Of a DNA stretch of 19,890 nucleotides, positions 9,024 through 16,925 are shown in pieces. Below the pieces are notes generated by a model. That model saw nothing but the letters and a program-made list of their open reading frames with translations, was not told the origin of the DNA and searched no databases. Position 1 is the stretch's first letter. The number at the start of each line of letters is the position of its first letter. The stretch is from contig JBGANF010000140.1 of NCBI GenBank assembly GCA_044222475.1, forward strand, positions 1 to 19,890, in the 5' to 3' direction. Made by a program: the position numbers and the translations under genes. The DNA comes from Polyangiaceae bacterium (GTDB taxonomy: Bacteria > Myxococcota_A > Polyangia > Polyangiales > Polyangiaceae).

Positions 9024-9983
9024 ATGCCGACCGTCGTCGTCACCGGTGGCGTGGGCTTCATCGGCTATCACCTCACGCGCGCCTTGATCCAAGGTGGCGA
9101 CACGGTGCGCGTCGTCGACGACCTCAGCGACGCGCCCTACCCGCGCATCTGGAAAGAGCGCAACGCGCGCGACCTCGACGCCGAGTTCGGCGACCGCTTC
9201 CGCATGACCGTCGCCTGCGTGACCGACCGCGCGGCCCTGAAGCCCGTCTTTGACGGCGCCGAGACCATCATCCACCTTGCCGGCCTCGCCGGCGTGCGGC
9301 CGTCGTTTCGCGATCCCGCGCGATACGCGAAGGTCAACGTCGAGGGCACGGCGACCACGCTCGAGCTCGCCCGCGAGGTCTCGGCCAAGCGCTACCTCTT
9401 CGCTTCGAGCTCGTCCGTGTACGGCAACTCGACGCCGCTCCCGGCGCACGAAGACGCCCCGGCGGTCGCGCCCGAGTCTCCGTATGCCGCGTCCAAGCGG
9501 AGCGCGGAGCTCGTGTCCTCGGCGGTGGGGCGAATCGCTCCCGGGCTGCCCATCACCGCGCTTCGCTTCTTCACCGTCTACGGTCCGAGGCAGAGGCCCG
9601 AGATGGCGATCACGCTGTTCACCCGCGCCATCCTCGCTGGCAAGCCGATCACGATGTTCGGCGACGGGTCGATGCGCCGCGACTTCACCCACGTGAGCGA
9701 CATCGTCCGGGGCATCGTGGCCGCGAAAGAGCGCGCTCCCGCTGGCTTCCGCGCGTACAACCTCGGATCCGGGGCGCCGATCGGGCTGGCAAAGCTCATC
9801 GAGCGGATCGGCGTCGCCTGCGGGAAGAGCCCGGTCATCGAGCGCGCCGACGTGCCACCCGGCGACGTCGATGCCACCTTTGCCGACATCGCTCGCGCGC
9901 ACGCGGAGCTGGGTTGGCGGCCGGAGATCGCGCTCGAATCGGGGCTCAGGACGGTCCGCGACTGGGTGGCCGCCAATCCGTGA
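9024..9983 (+). CDS. NAD-dependent epimerase, UDP-glucuronate 4-epimerase-like (extended SDR)
   Basis: Motifs VTGGVGFIGYH, HLAGLAGVRPS, FASSSSVYG, PYAASK (YxxxK), LRFFTVYGPRQRPEMA and RDFTHVSDIV. It directly follows ugd. Confidence 0.88.
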   Translation: MPTVVVTGGVGFIGYHLTRALIQGGDTVRVVDDLSDAPYPRIWKERNARDLDAEFGDRFRMTVACVTDRAALKPVFDGAETIIHLAGLAGVRPSFRDPARYAKVNVEGTATTLELAREVSAKRYLFASSSSVYGNSTPLPAHEDAPAVAPESPYAASKRSAELVSSAVGRIAPGLPITALRFFTVYGPRQRPEMAITLFTRAILAGKPITMFGDGSMRRDFTHVSDIVRGIVAAKERAPAGFRAYNLGSGAPIGLAKLIERIGVACGKSPVIERADVPPGDVDATFADIARAHAELGWRPEIALESGLRTVRDWVAANP

Positions 9984-10026
9984 CTAGGGCATACTGAACG
10001 GGCTTCTCTTTTCCCAGGAGAACCCC

Positions 10027-10488
10027 ATGCGATCCCCCTTCGTCTTCGTCGTTCCGCTCTTCGTTGCGTCCGTCGCCATCGGCTGCGGTGGCGCCACGAC
10101 GTCCGATCTCTTCAACGACGCATCGACCGGCAGCGACGCGTCGACCGGCAACGACTCGTCGCCCGGCAACGACGGCGCGCCCGGCAAGGACGCGCGCCCC
10201 GACTCGCCGCCTCCCGCGGACTGCAAGAACCTGATCAACGACGTCGCGAATGCTCGCGACAAAGCTCGGGAATGCAGCACCGTCTCGGCGGAGCCCCAGT
10301 GCAGCAAGACGGTGCAGGATCTCTGCTGTCCGATCTCGGTGACCGACCTCACGCGCAAGGAGGTCGTCGAATTCGTCAACGCCGTCGCCGCGGTGAAGAA
10401 GGCCGGTTGCCAAGTTCCCTGTCCGGCGATCCCCTGCGCGCCGACGCCGTCGAACAAGTGCGACTCGCAGACGGCGCACTGCCTCTAG
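10027..10488 (+). CDS. Small Cys-rich lipoprotein of unknown function
   Basis: SD AGGAG precedes the start. A hydrophobic signal peptide ends in lipobox AIG/C20, followed by a DAST/DSSP/DGAP linker and a domain with 10 further Cys. Confidence 0.85.
   Translation: MRSPFVFVVPLFVASVAIGCGGATTSDLFNDASTGSDASTGNDSSPGNDGAPGKDARPDSPPPADCKNLINDVANARDKARECSTVSAEPQCSKTVQDLCCPISVTDLTRKEVVEFVNAVAAVKKAGCQVPCPAIPCAPTPSNKCDSQTAHCL
10114..10203 (+). repeat. Five degenerate 18-bp coding tandem repeats (NDASTG-like linker)
   Basis: aacgacgcatcgaccggc / agcgacgcgtcgaccggc / aacgactcgtcgcccggc / aacgacggcgcgcccggc / aaggacgcgcgccccgac. Confidence 0.8.
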
Positions 10489-10500
10489 TCGGGTGACGCG

Positions 10501-12036
10501 CTACTTCGCGAAGTTCGGGTGCACGACGCTGCGCTCGAACTCTTTGCCCGGGCGCACGTGCCCCATCAGGTAGAGCCCGCCGTTCATCACCATCCACGGA
10601 CGCGCGTGCTCGATCGTCGTGAGCCACTGCAGCACACGCGGGCGGTTCACCGCCGGGCGCAGGCCGCTCGTCGCCGCGTGCTCCTGCGCGTGCTGGAACG
10701 CGTGCGCGACGCGCTCCTGGACGATCCTGGGATGCGCACGCTCGCGCGCGATGCGGCTCGCGGCGGTGCCCAGCTTGGCGCGTAGCTTCGCGTCACCGAG
10801 GAGCTGGCCCACCGCGCGACCGAAGTTGCGATCCGCCTCTGCCTCGGCTGCCGCGCCCTTGCCGGGCGCCAAGAGCATGCCGTTGACGCCGTCGGTGAGC
10901 TGCGAGGAGACGCCCATGCCGTCGGCGAAGGCGACCGTCGGCGTGCCGCACCAGAGCGCTTCGCCCATGACGTTGCCGTAGGTCTCGCTCAGTGACGCGT
11001 GCACGAACACGTCGGTGTAGGCGTAGAAGTCGGGCATCGAGAAGAACGGGGTCTCACCGGGGAAGAAGACCTTGTCCGCGACGCCGCACTCCTTGGCGAC
11101 GCGCTTGTAGAGATCCGTGTCCGGGCCGACGCCGAGCATCGTCAGCGTCGCGTTCGGCACCGAGGGCAGGACGTGCTTCGCGAAGATGCGGATGATCCGG
11201 TCCTGGGACTTCTCGCGCGTGTGGCGACCCGCACAGAGGAGACGCGGACCGCGCTGGTCGCCGAGGAACGTGTACGGATCGTCGCCGAGCGGACGATCGA
11301 ACACCTCGGGCTGGACCGTGCGCGGGATGACGTGGATGGGCACCGTCACTCCGCGCTCGCGCCAGTAGCTGCGCAGGCCTTCGCAGAGGACGACGAGCCC
11401 GTCGCTCTGGTTGTAGAGCTCGGAGAACGTCCGCTCGTAGGGGCGCTTGAGCAAGAGCTCCAAGCCGGCGTGCACCGCCTCGATCTTCGACACGCGCTCG
11501 GGGAGCAGCACGTCGTAGGCAGCCGCGAGGTGGGTCGTGTTGACCATCAAGAGCGGGATGCCCTTCATCTTGCGGAGCCAGATCCCGAAGTGGTGAACGA
11601 GCGACGTGACCTGCGCGAAGACGATGTCGAAATCCCAGCGGTCCGGGTCGAAGACCCACGGCGCGAGCGGCATCGGAAGGTGCAGGCCGGGGTACGTCTT
11701 GAGCGGCAGGCTCGGGAGCTGGATGGTCCCGGGGGCCAGGTCCTCGGGGATGGCGTCTGGATCGTGGGCGCCGATCACTGTGACTTCGTGACCACACCTG
11801 CGGAGTTCCTGATACAGGAAGCGTGTCTGAAAGACGGCACCGTTGGCGTACGGTACCCTCACGAAATCGCTCAGAAACGCGATCCGGAGGGGGCGACCGA
11901 GCCGCTTGCTCAACGCCTCGAACGGGTGCGGGCGGGCCTCCAGGGCCTCCATCCCAGCCGGGCTGGCCGCAATCGCTGCCTTGTGGACACCCGCACGAGC
12001 GGGAAAACGAAGGACGGAAGTGGACGGAGAGGTCAT
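10501..12036 (-). CDS. GT4 glycosyltransferase, diacylglycerol/lipid alpha-glycosyltransferase-like
   Basis: The N-terminus RIAFLSDFVRVPYANGAV...LRRCGHEVTVIG resembles UGDG-like GT4s. Also present are CAGRHTREKS and SETYGNVMGEALWCGTP (E-x7-E). The start is uncertain (ATG 12036 or 11952); the track start at 12111 overlaps the divergent gene. Confidence 0.85.
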   Translation of the reverse strand: MTSPSTSVLRFPARAGVHKAAIAASPAGMEALEARPHPFEALSKRLGRPLRIAFLSDFVRVPYANGAVFQTRFLYQELRRCGHEVTVIGAHDPDAIPEDLAPGTIQLPSLPLKTYPGLHLPMPLAPWVFDPDRWDFDIVFAQVTSLVHHFGIWLRKMKGIPLLMVNTTHLAAAYDVLLPERVSKIEAVHAGLELLLKRPYERTFSELYNQSDGLVVLCEGLRSYWRERGVTVPIHVIPRTVQPEVFDRPLGDDPYTFLGDQRGPRLLCAGRHTREKSQDRIIRIFAKHVLPSVPNATLTMLGVGPDTDLYKRVAKECGVADKVFFPGETPFFSMPDFYAYTDVFVHASLSETYGNVMGEALWCGTPTVAFADGMGVSSQLTDGVNGMLLAPGKGAAAEAEADRNFGRAVGQLLGDAKLRAKLGTAASRIARERAHPRIVQERVAHAFQHAQEHAATSGLRPAVNRPRVLQWLTTIEHARPWMVMNGGLYLMGHVRPGKEFERSVVHPNFAK

Positions 12037-12070
12037 CGGGCGCGGGGTCGGGTTGGGTTCATCCCAGAGG

Positions 12071-12077
12071 TAAGATA
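12071..12077. promoter_or_regulatory. Putative overlapping bidirectional -10 elements (TAAGAT on +, TATCTT on -)
   Basis: This is the only AT-rich patch (GGTAAGATAAGG) in the short gap between two divergent GT4 genes. Both strands match TAnnnT. Confidence 0.45.
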
Positions 12078-12091
12078 AGGTACGAGAAGCG

Positions 12092-13231
12092 ATGAAGGTG
12101 CTGGATGTCACCGAGTTTTACTCGGAGCGAGGCGGCGGGGTCCGCAGCCACCTGACGCTCAAACAGCACATTTCGCGCCAACTGGGTCACGAGGCCATCA
12201 TCCTCGCCCCCGGACCGGGGAACGCAAAGGAAGCGACGAGCGGCGTCGTTCGGATTCCGGGGCCCGCGATGCCATACGACCCGAGCTACCACCTGCTCTG
12301 GCGAATCGACAAGATTCGAGCGGAGATTCGCCGGGTGCAGCCGGACGTGCTCGAGATCCACTCGCCGTACGTGGCCGCGCTCGGCTGCCTGGCCGCTCCG
12401 CGAGGATCGTTCCGCGCGCGTACGTTCTTCTGGCACTCGGATTTCATCGACACCTACCGCGAGGTGCTCGAGAAGCGCGCCCGCGTACCTGGCGTCGGCC
12501 TGGTGGTCGAGCCGCTGTGGCAGTGGGTGCGTCGCATCGGGCGCGCCTGCGGAGCGACCATCGCGTCCAGCCGCGTGATGGCCGACAAGCTCCGCGCGCA
12601 CGGCGTGCCGCGCGTCGAGCTCATCCCGTTCGGCGTCGACAAGGACGTGTTTCGGCCGACCGCGCGATCCGAGGAGACGCGGGCCCGTCTCCTGCGCGGA
12701 GCACCTGGGCCGCTCTGCATCGGCGTCGGCCGCTTCGCGATCGAGAAGCAGTGGGACGTCGTCTTGCGCGCGTTCGACCTCGTTCGGGCGAAGGCGCCAG
12801 GCGCGCGGCTCTGGCTCTTCGGCGACGGACCGGAGCGCGCCGCGCTCGAGCGCTCGGCGGGCGAACACGTGTATTTTGCTGGTTTCGTGAAGGACCGCTC
12901 CGAGCTCGCGACGACGCTCGCGAGCGCCGACGTGCTCCTCCACGGGTGCCCGTTCGAGACGTTCGGGATCGGCGTCGCCGAGGCGGTCGCGTGCGCGCTG
13001 CCGATCGTCGTCCCCGATCGCGGAGGCGCCGCGGAGCAAGCACACCACGCCGCGGCGCGGACGTTCCGCTCGGGCGACGCGGGCGACTGCGCGCGCGCGG
13101 CGCTCGAGCTCGTGACGGAATCCGATCGCGAGCGCGTCGCGCGCGCGGCCGCCGACGCGGCGGAGGCCGTGCCCGCCATCGCCGATCACTTTCGCGCGCT
13201 CTACGCCCTCTACGGTCGCCTCGTCGGGTGA
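12092..13231 (+). CDS. GT4 glycosyltransferase (PimC/'alpha-1,6-mannosyltransferase'-like)
   Basis: Motifs MKVLDVTEFYSERGGGVRSHL, PDVLEIHSPY, FWHSD, VGRFAIEK, FGDGPER and ETFGIGVAEAVACALPIV (E-x7-E). Confidence 0.9.
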   Translation: MKVLDVTEFYSERGGGVRSHLTLKQHISRQLGHEAIILAPGPGNAKEATSGVVRIPGPAMPYDPSYHLLWRIDKIRAEIRRVQPDVLEIHSPYVAALGCLAAPRGSFRARTFFWHSDFIDTYREVLEKRARVPGVGLVVEPLWQWVRRIGRACGATIASSRVMADKLRAHGVPRVELIPFGVDKDVFRPTARSEETRARLLRGAPGPLCIGVGRFAIEKQWDVVLRAFDLVRAKAPGARLWLFGDGPERAALERSAGEHVYFAGFVKDRSELATTLASADVLLHGCPFETFGIGVAEAVACALPIVVPDRGGAAEQAHHAAARTFRSGDAGDCARAALELVTESDRERVARAAADAAEAVPAIADHFRALYALYGRLVG

Positions 13232-13263
13232 CCCAGCAGGCTGCGGAATGAGCGGAGTCGCAG

Positions 13264-13473
13264 GTTGCGTGCCCTCCTGCCGATTTGGCAGGTCGTCGCT
13301 CGGGAGTGGGAGCGGGAGCGGGAGCGGGAAGATGCTCGACGGCCGAGGACATCGTGAATCGACGTGAAAATGGCCGCTTCGTCCAGAGCGTCCTGGTTTG
13401 GTACAGATCCCTTCCCGCTCCCGCTCCCCCTCCCGAGCGGCAGGTTCGCGGTCTTGGGAGGAGGGCACGCTAC
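13264..13473. repeat. 210-bp intergenic nested inverted-repeat element (REP/MITE-like) with GGGAGC hexamer arms
   Basis: The outer IR is 13264-13278 / 13459-13473 (14 of 15 match). The inner IR is 13297-13323 / 13413-13439 (26 of 27 match). Confidence 0.85.
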
Positions 13474-13567
13474 GTGCTTGGGCGCTTTTCCACAGGGCCA
13501 GCCCCGACCGGCGAAAGCTCTCCGGCTTAGCCGGAGAGTTTCGAGTCTCTCGTGCTACATCGGAGGC

Positions 13568-14305
13568 GTGCCCACGCACGTCTCCATCCACGACGTCTCC
13601 CCTGCCTTCGTCCAAGAGGTCGAAGACGCCCTCGCGATGTGCCACGACGCTGGGACGAAGCCGGCGTTGCTCGTGGTTCCGAACTTCCACGGCACGTGGG
13701 CGCTCTCCCGCTACCCCAAATTCCAGGAGCGGCTGCGCGCGCTCCAAGCCGACGGCCACGAGATCTTCCTCCACGGCTTCTTCCACAAGGCCGGCATGGG
13801 CGAGCAGACCGCCGAAGGCCGACCCGCACCGCTGCGGCGCCTCTTCGCCCAGAAGGTCGTGAGCGCCGGCGAAGCCGAGTTCGCCGACATCGGTTGGAAG
13901 GAGGGCGACCAGCGCCTCGACGAAGGCGAGGCGATGCTCGCCGACGCCGGGCTCCGCATCGACGGGTTCGTCGCACCCGCGTGGTCGATGGCGTCGTGGG
14001 TCCTCACGATGCTGCGCGAGCGCGGGTACCGCTACACCGAGGATCACTTCCACGTCTACGACCCCAAGCGCGGCACGTCGCGTCGGAGCCTCGTGATGAA
14101 CTTCGCCAGCCGCACGCCGGCGCGGCTCTGGTCGAGCGTGGCGTTCTGCCGCGTCGCTCGCCCGGCGCGGCGCGTGCTCCCGGCGAGGATCGCCCTGCAC
14201 CCCGGCGACATGAAGAAGGACTTCCTGCGGCGCGAAGCGAAGAACCTCCTCGCGTGGGGCAAAGGCGACTTCGTGCCGCGCGCCACCGACCTGTTCACTT
14301 CTTAG
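13568..14305 (+). CDS. DUF2334 / CE4-like polysaccharide deacetylase family protein, 245 aa
   Basis: Motifs VSIHDVSP, HEIFLHGFFH, EAEF, GFVAPAW and RIALHPGD. The start is placed at GTG 13568 after GGAGG; the track's upstream extension runs through the repeat element. Confidence 0.88.
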   Translation: MPTHVSIHDVSPAFVQEVEDALAMCHDAGTKPALLVVPNFHGTWALSRYPKFQERLRALQADGHEIFLHGFFHKAGMGEQTAEGRPAPLRRLFAQKVVSAGEAEFADIGWKEGDQRLDEGEAMLADAGLRIDGFVAPAWSMASWVLTMLRERGYRYTEDHFHVYDPKRGTSRRSLVMNFASRTPARLWSSVAFCRVARPARRVLPARIALHPGDMKKDFLRREAKNLLAWGKGDFVPRATDLFTS

Positions 14306-16925
14306 CCCGCGAGCTCCACAGGTTCAGGAGCGCGGGCATGTACACGAGCGCCGCAGCGAGACAGGAGATCTCGCCCACCATCGCGAGTTGCCCGAACGAC
14401 TGGAGCGCTTGCTGATCGGAGACGAGCATCGAGCTGTATCCGATCGTCGTCGTGTACGAGCACAGCGCGACCGCCCCGCCGGAGAGCCGAACCGCGCTCG
14501 GCACGTCGTGCTTCAGCAGCCTCGAGCGGTCGAAGATGTTGAACGGATACTCGCTCCCGATGCCGAACGTGATCGGGAGCGCGATGAAGTTGAAGAAGTT
14601 GAGTCGGTGATCGCCCCACGCAGCGAACCCGAGCGTCGCGACGACGCCGAGCAGCAGCGCGGAGAGCACCGCGACGGACCCGCGGAAGGTCATCGTCGCG
14701 ACCACGACGACCAGCGCGACGCACCCGAACGACACGAGCGTCGCCAGCGGTCCGTCGCGCTCCATCGAGCGGATGATCTCGGCGAACACCGTGGAGCGAC
14801 TCGCCGTCTGCACGACGGTGTGGGCTTCGTCGGCGAGCTGGACGTTGTCGGTCGTCTTGGCGATGCGGAGCAGGATGTGCCCGTCCGAGAACGAAATGTC
14901 GTTCCGGAACTTCACGTAGAAGACGGTTCCGATGCGGCCGTTGTTCTCCTCGAACCTGCGGCGGAGCAGCGGCGGGAGGTCCTTCCCTTCGACCGGTGCC
15001 AGCGACTCGGGGGGACGGAGCTCTTCGACCTTCTTGCGCTCGTCGTCGCTCAGCGCGTTCATCACCTTCGGCGTCAGTCGGCCGCGGATCCGCGCGAGCA
15101 CTTCGAGCTTCTGCTGCTGCTCCGCGAGCGTGCCCGGCAGGAGATCGGCGATCGATGCGACGTCGGCCACGAGCTTGCCCTCGGGATCCTTCGCGTCGTT
15201 GTCGAGGATCGCTCGCTTGATGAGCGGCACCTGCTCCGGGGTGTCGGCCAGCATGAGCGCGCCGGCGATGTTCATCTTGCCGCCGAAGACGCGATCGGCC
15301 TTGTTCGACCAAGCGCCCGCGCCGGACTCCTTCGTCGCGCGCGACCCGAGGTTGTTCCAGTCGTACTCCCATGGGTCGCGGAGGTAGCCGGGGAGCTTCA
15401 CCGCGAGAACGAGCGTGGCGGCGAGGCACACGAAGACAATCGCCTTGGGGAAGCGCTCGGTGAGGTGCGAGATGGCGGCCGTGATCGGGCCGCGTCCGTC
15501 GTGGGCGGGATCCTTCAGCGAGTGCTCGCGCATCCACGACGGCACGCGGGCCTGCACCCACTCGTCGACGACGAGGAGCGCGGGCACGCACGGGATCATC
15601 GAGACCCAGACGAGCAGCATGCCGACGAAGCCGATGACGCCGAACTGGTTGAAGCCGCGGAACTGCGTCACGACGAGGGACCCGTACGCGATGCTCGCGA
15701 CCAGCGATCCCACGAGCTCGGCCCGAAACGCGTTGAGGACGGCCTCGCGCCGAGCGACCGCAGGCTCCATCCCGCGCGCACGGAACTCGCGGTACCGATG
15801 GAGGAGCACGATGGGGTAGTTGATCCCGTTGCCGAGGATGATCGCGCCCAGGAACGCGCCGCTCGTGTTGACGAAGCCGTACTGCCACATGGCGAAGCTG
15901 TACGCGACACCGACGCCGATGGCGGCGGGCAGCGCGATCACCAACGGCGCCCACACCGAGCGGAAGAAGACCACGACGCCGAGGAAGATGAGCACGAACG
16001 CACCGCCGGTCGCCCACGCGGCGTCGCTGACGAGCGAGTCCTTCTCCTCGATCGCGTTCGGGATGTCGCCGGCGTAGCCGATCTCGAGCTGGGGCGAGAT
16101 CGTGCGCTTCGCGTCGATCTTGTCCACGAGGGCGCGGACGCGACCGTAGAGGGAGTCGCCGCTGGCGTCGCCGAGACCGCGCGAGGTCGACACGATGCGG
16201 AGTCCCAGTTGGGTACCGTCCTCGGTCGCGAAGTAGCCGCTCGGGAAGTCGTCGTGCTCCCTCCCCTTCGCTTGCCAGCGATCGTAGTACTCGTCGAGGC
16301 CGAGGTCGTGCTCGCCTTTCGTCGCAGTCTGGCCGCCACCGCCACCGCCGGGAGCCGGTGGCGGCGGATCGTCGGAGAAGTCCTCCACCATGCCGGTGCG
16401 GATCCCGATCTGGGTCTCGAGCTTGGCGTCCGCGGCCTCGAGGTCCGAGAGGTCGGCGTAGAGCCACTTTCGATCTTGGTAGAACTTCCGGACGTCCTTC
16501 GTCCCCGACTCGCTGTACGCGATGAGGTCGGGACCGCACGGCGCACGGCACGCGCCGTCGTTCGGCGCGCACTTGGCGAGGCACGCGTCTTGGCTCGCCT
16601 CCATCGCGTCGATCTCGGCGGCGAGCGCGTCGATGAACTTCTCGTTCGCCTTTCGATCGGGCGACTCGGCGATGACGATCAGCGAGGCGCCGCCGCCCAC
16701 ACGACCGAGCTGGTGCTCGAACGCTTTGAACCCGGGGCTCTCTCGCGGGAGGAGCTCCAGGAGGTCCGAGTTGAGCGCGAAGTGCGTGTACGCATAGCTC
16801 CACGACGATCCGACGACGAGCGTGGCCGCGAGCAGGACGATCGCCGGGTGACGACCGCTCAGGTCGACGACGTGGCCCACGATGGCGAGGAAGCGATCGC
16901 GAAGCCGCCCGAGGAGCCCGATCAA
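14295..16925 (-). CDS. MMPL/RND-superfamily lipid transporter (HpnN/YdfJ-like)
   Basis: Duplicated 1+5 TM architecture with two large periplasmic loops. Motifs LNSDLLELLP, GAIILGNGINY, FRGFNQFGVIG, PITFGIGSEY, TTTIGYSSM and LQSFGQLA. The TTG start overlaps the upstream TGA. Confidence 0.93.
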   Translation of the reverse strand: MIGLLGRLRDRFLAIVGHVVDLSGRHPAIVLLAATLVVGSSWSYAYTHFALNSDLLELLPRESPGFKAFEHQLGRVGGGASLIVIAESPDRKANEKFIDALAAEIDAMEASQDACLAKCAPNDGACRAPCGPDLIAYSESGTKDVRKFYQDRKWLYADLSDLEAADAKLETQIGIRTGMVEDFSDDPPPPAPGGGGGGQTATKGEHDLGLDEYYDRWQAKGREHDDFPSGYFATEDGTQLGLRIVSTSRGLGDASGDSLYGRVRALVDKIDAKRTISPQLEIGYAGDIPNAIEEKDSLVSDAAWATGGAFVLIFLGVVVFFRSVWAPLVIALPAAIGVGVAYSFAMWQYGFVNTSGAFLGAIILGNGINYPIVLLHRYREFRARGMEPAVARREAVLNAFRAELVGSLVASIAYGSLVVTQFRGFNQFGVIGFVGMLLVWVSMIPCVPALLVVDEWVQARVPSWMREHSLKDPAHDGRGPITAAISHLTERFPKAIVFVCLAATLVLAVKLPGYLRDPWEYDWNNLGSRATKESGAGAWSNKADRVFGGKMNIAGALMLADTPEQVPLIKRAILDNDAKDPEGKLVADVASIADLLPGTLAEQQQKLEVLARIRGRLTPKVMNALSDDERKKVEELRPPESLAPVEGKDLPPLLRRRFEENNGRIGTVFYVKFRNDISFSDGHILLRIAKTTDNVQLADEAHTVVQTASRSTVFAEIIRSMERDGPLATLVSFGCVALVVVVATMTFRGSVAVLSALLLGVVATLGFAAWGDHRLNFFNFIALPITFGIGSEYPFNIFDRSRLLKHDVPSAVRLSGGAVALCSYTTTIGYSSMLVSDQQALQSFGQLAMVGEISCLAAALVYMPALLNLWSSRAKK

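Noticed and set aside
9984..10457. 157-aa minus-strand ORF with SLPVDA repeats
   Set aside because: It is the antisense mirror of the lipoprotein, which has an SD, a lipobox and a coherent Cys pattern.
13241..13292. Short hairpins after the GT4 stop as intrinsic terminators
   Set aside because: The stems are only 5-6 bp and no U-tract follows.
13364..13567. N-terminal extension of the deacetylase ORF (PFPLPLPLP) and the small ORF 13285..13530
   Set aside because: Both are translations of the GGGAGC repeat element. Family similarity starts at VSIHDV just after GTG 13568.
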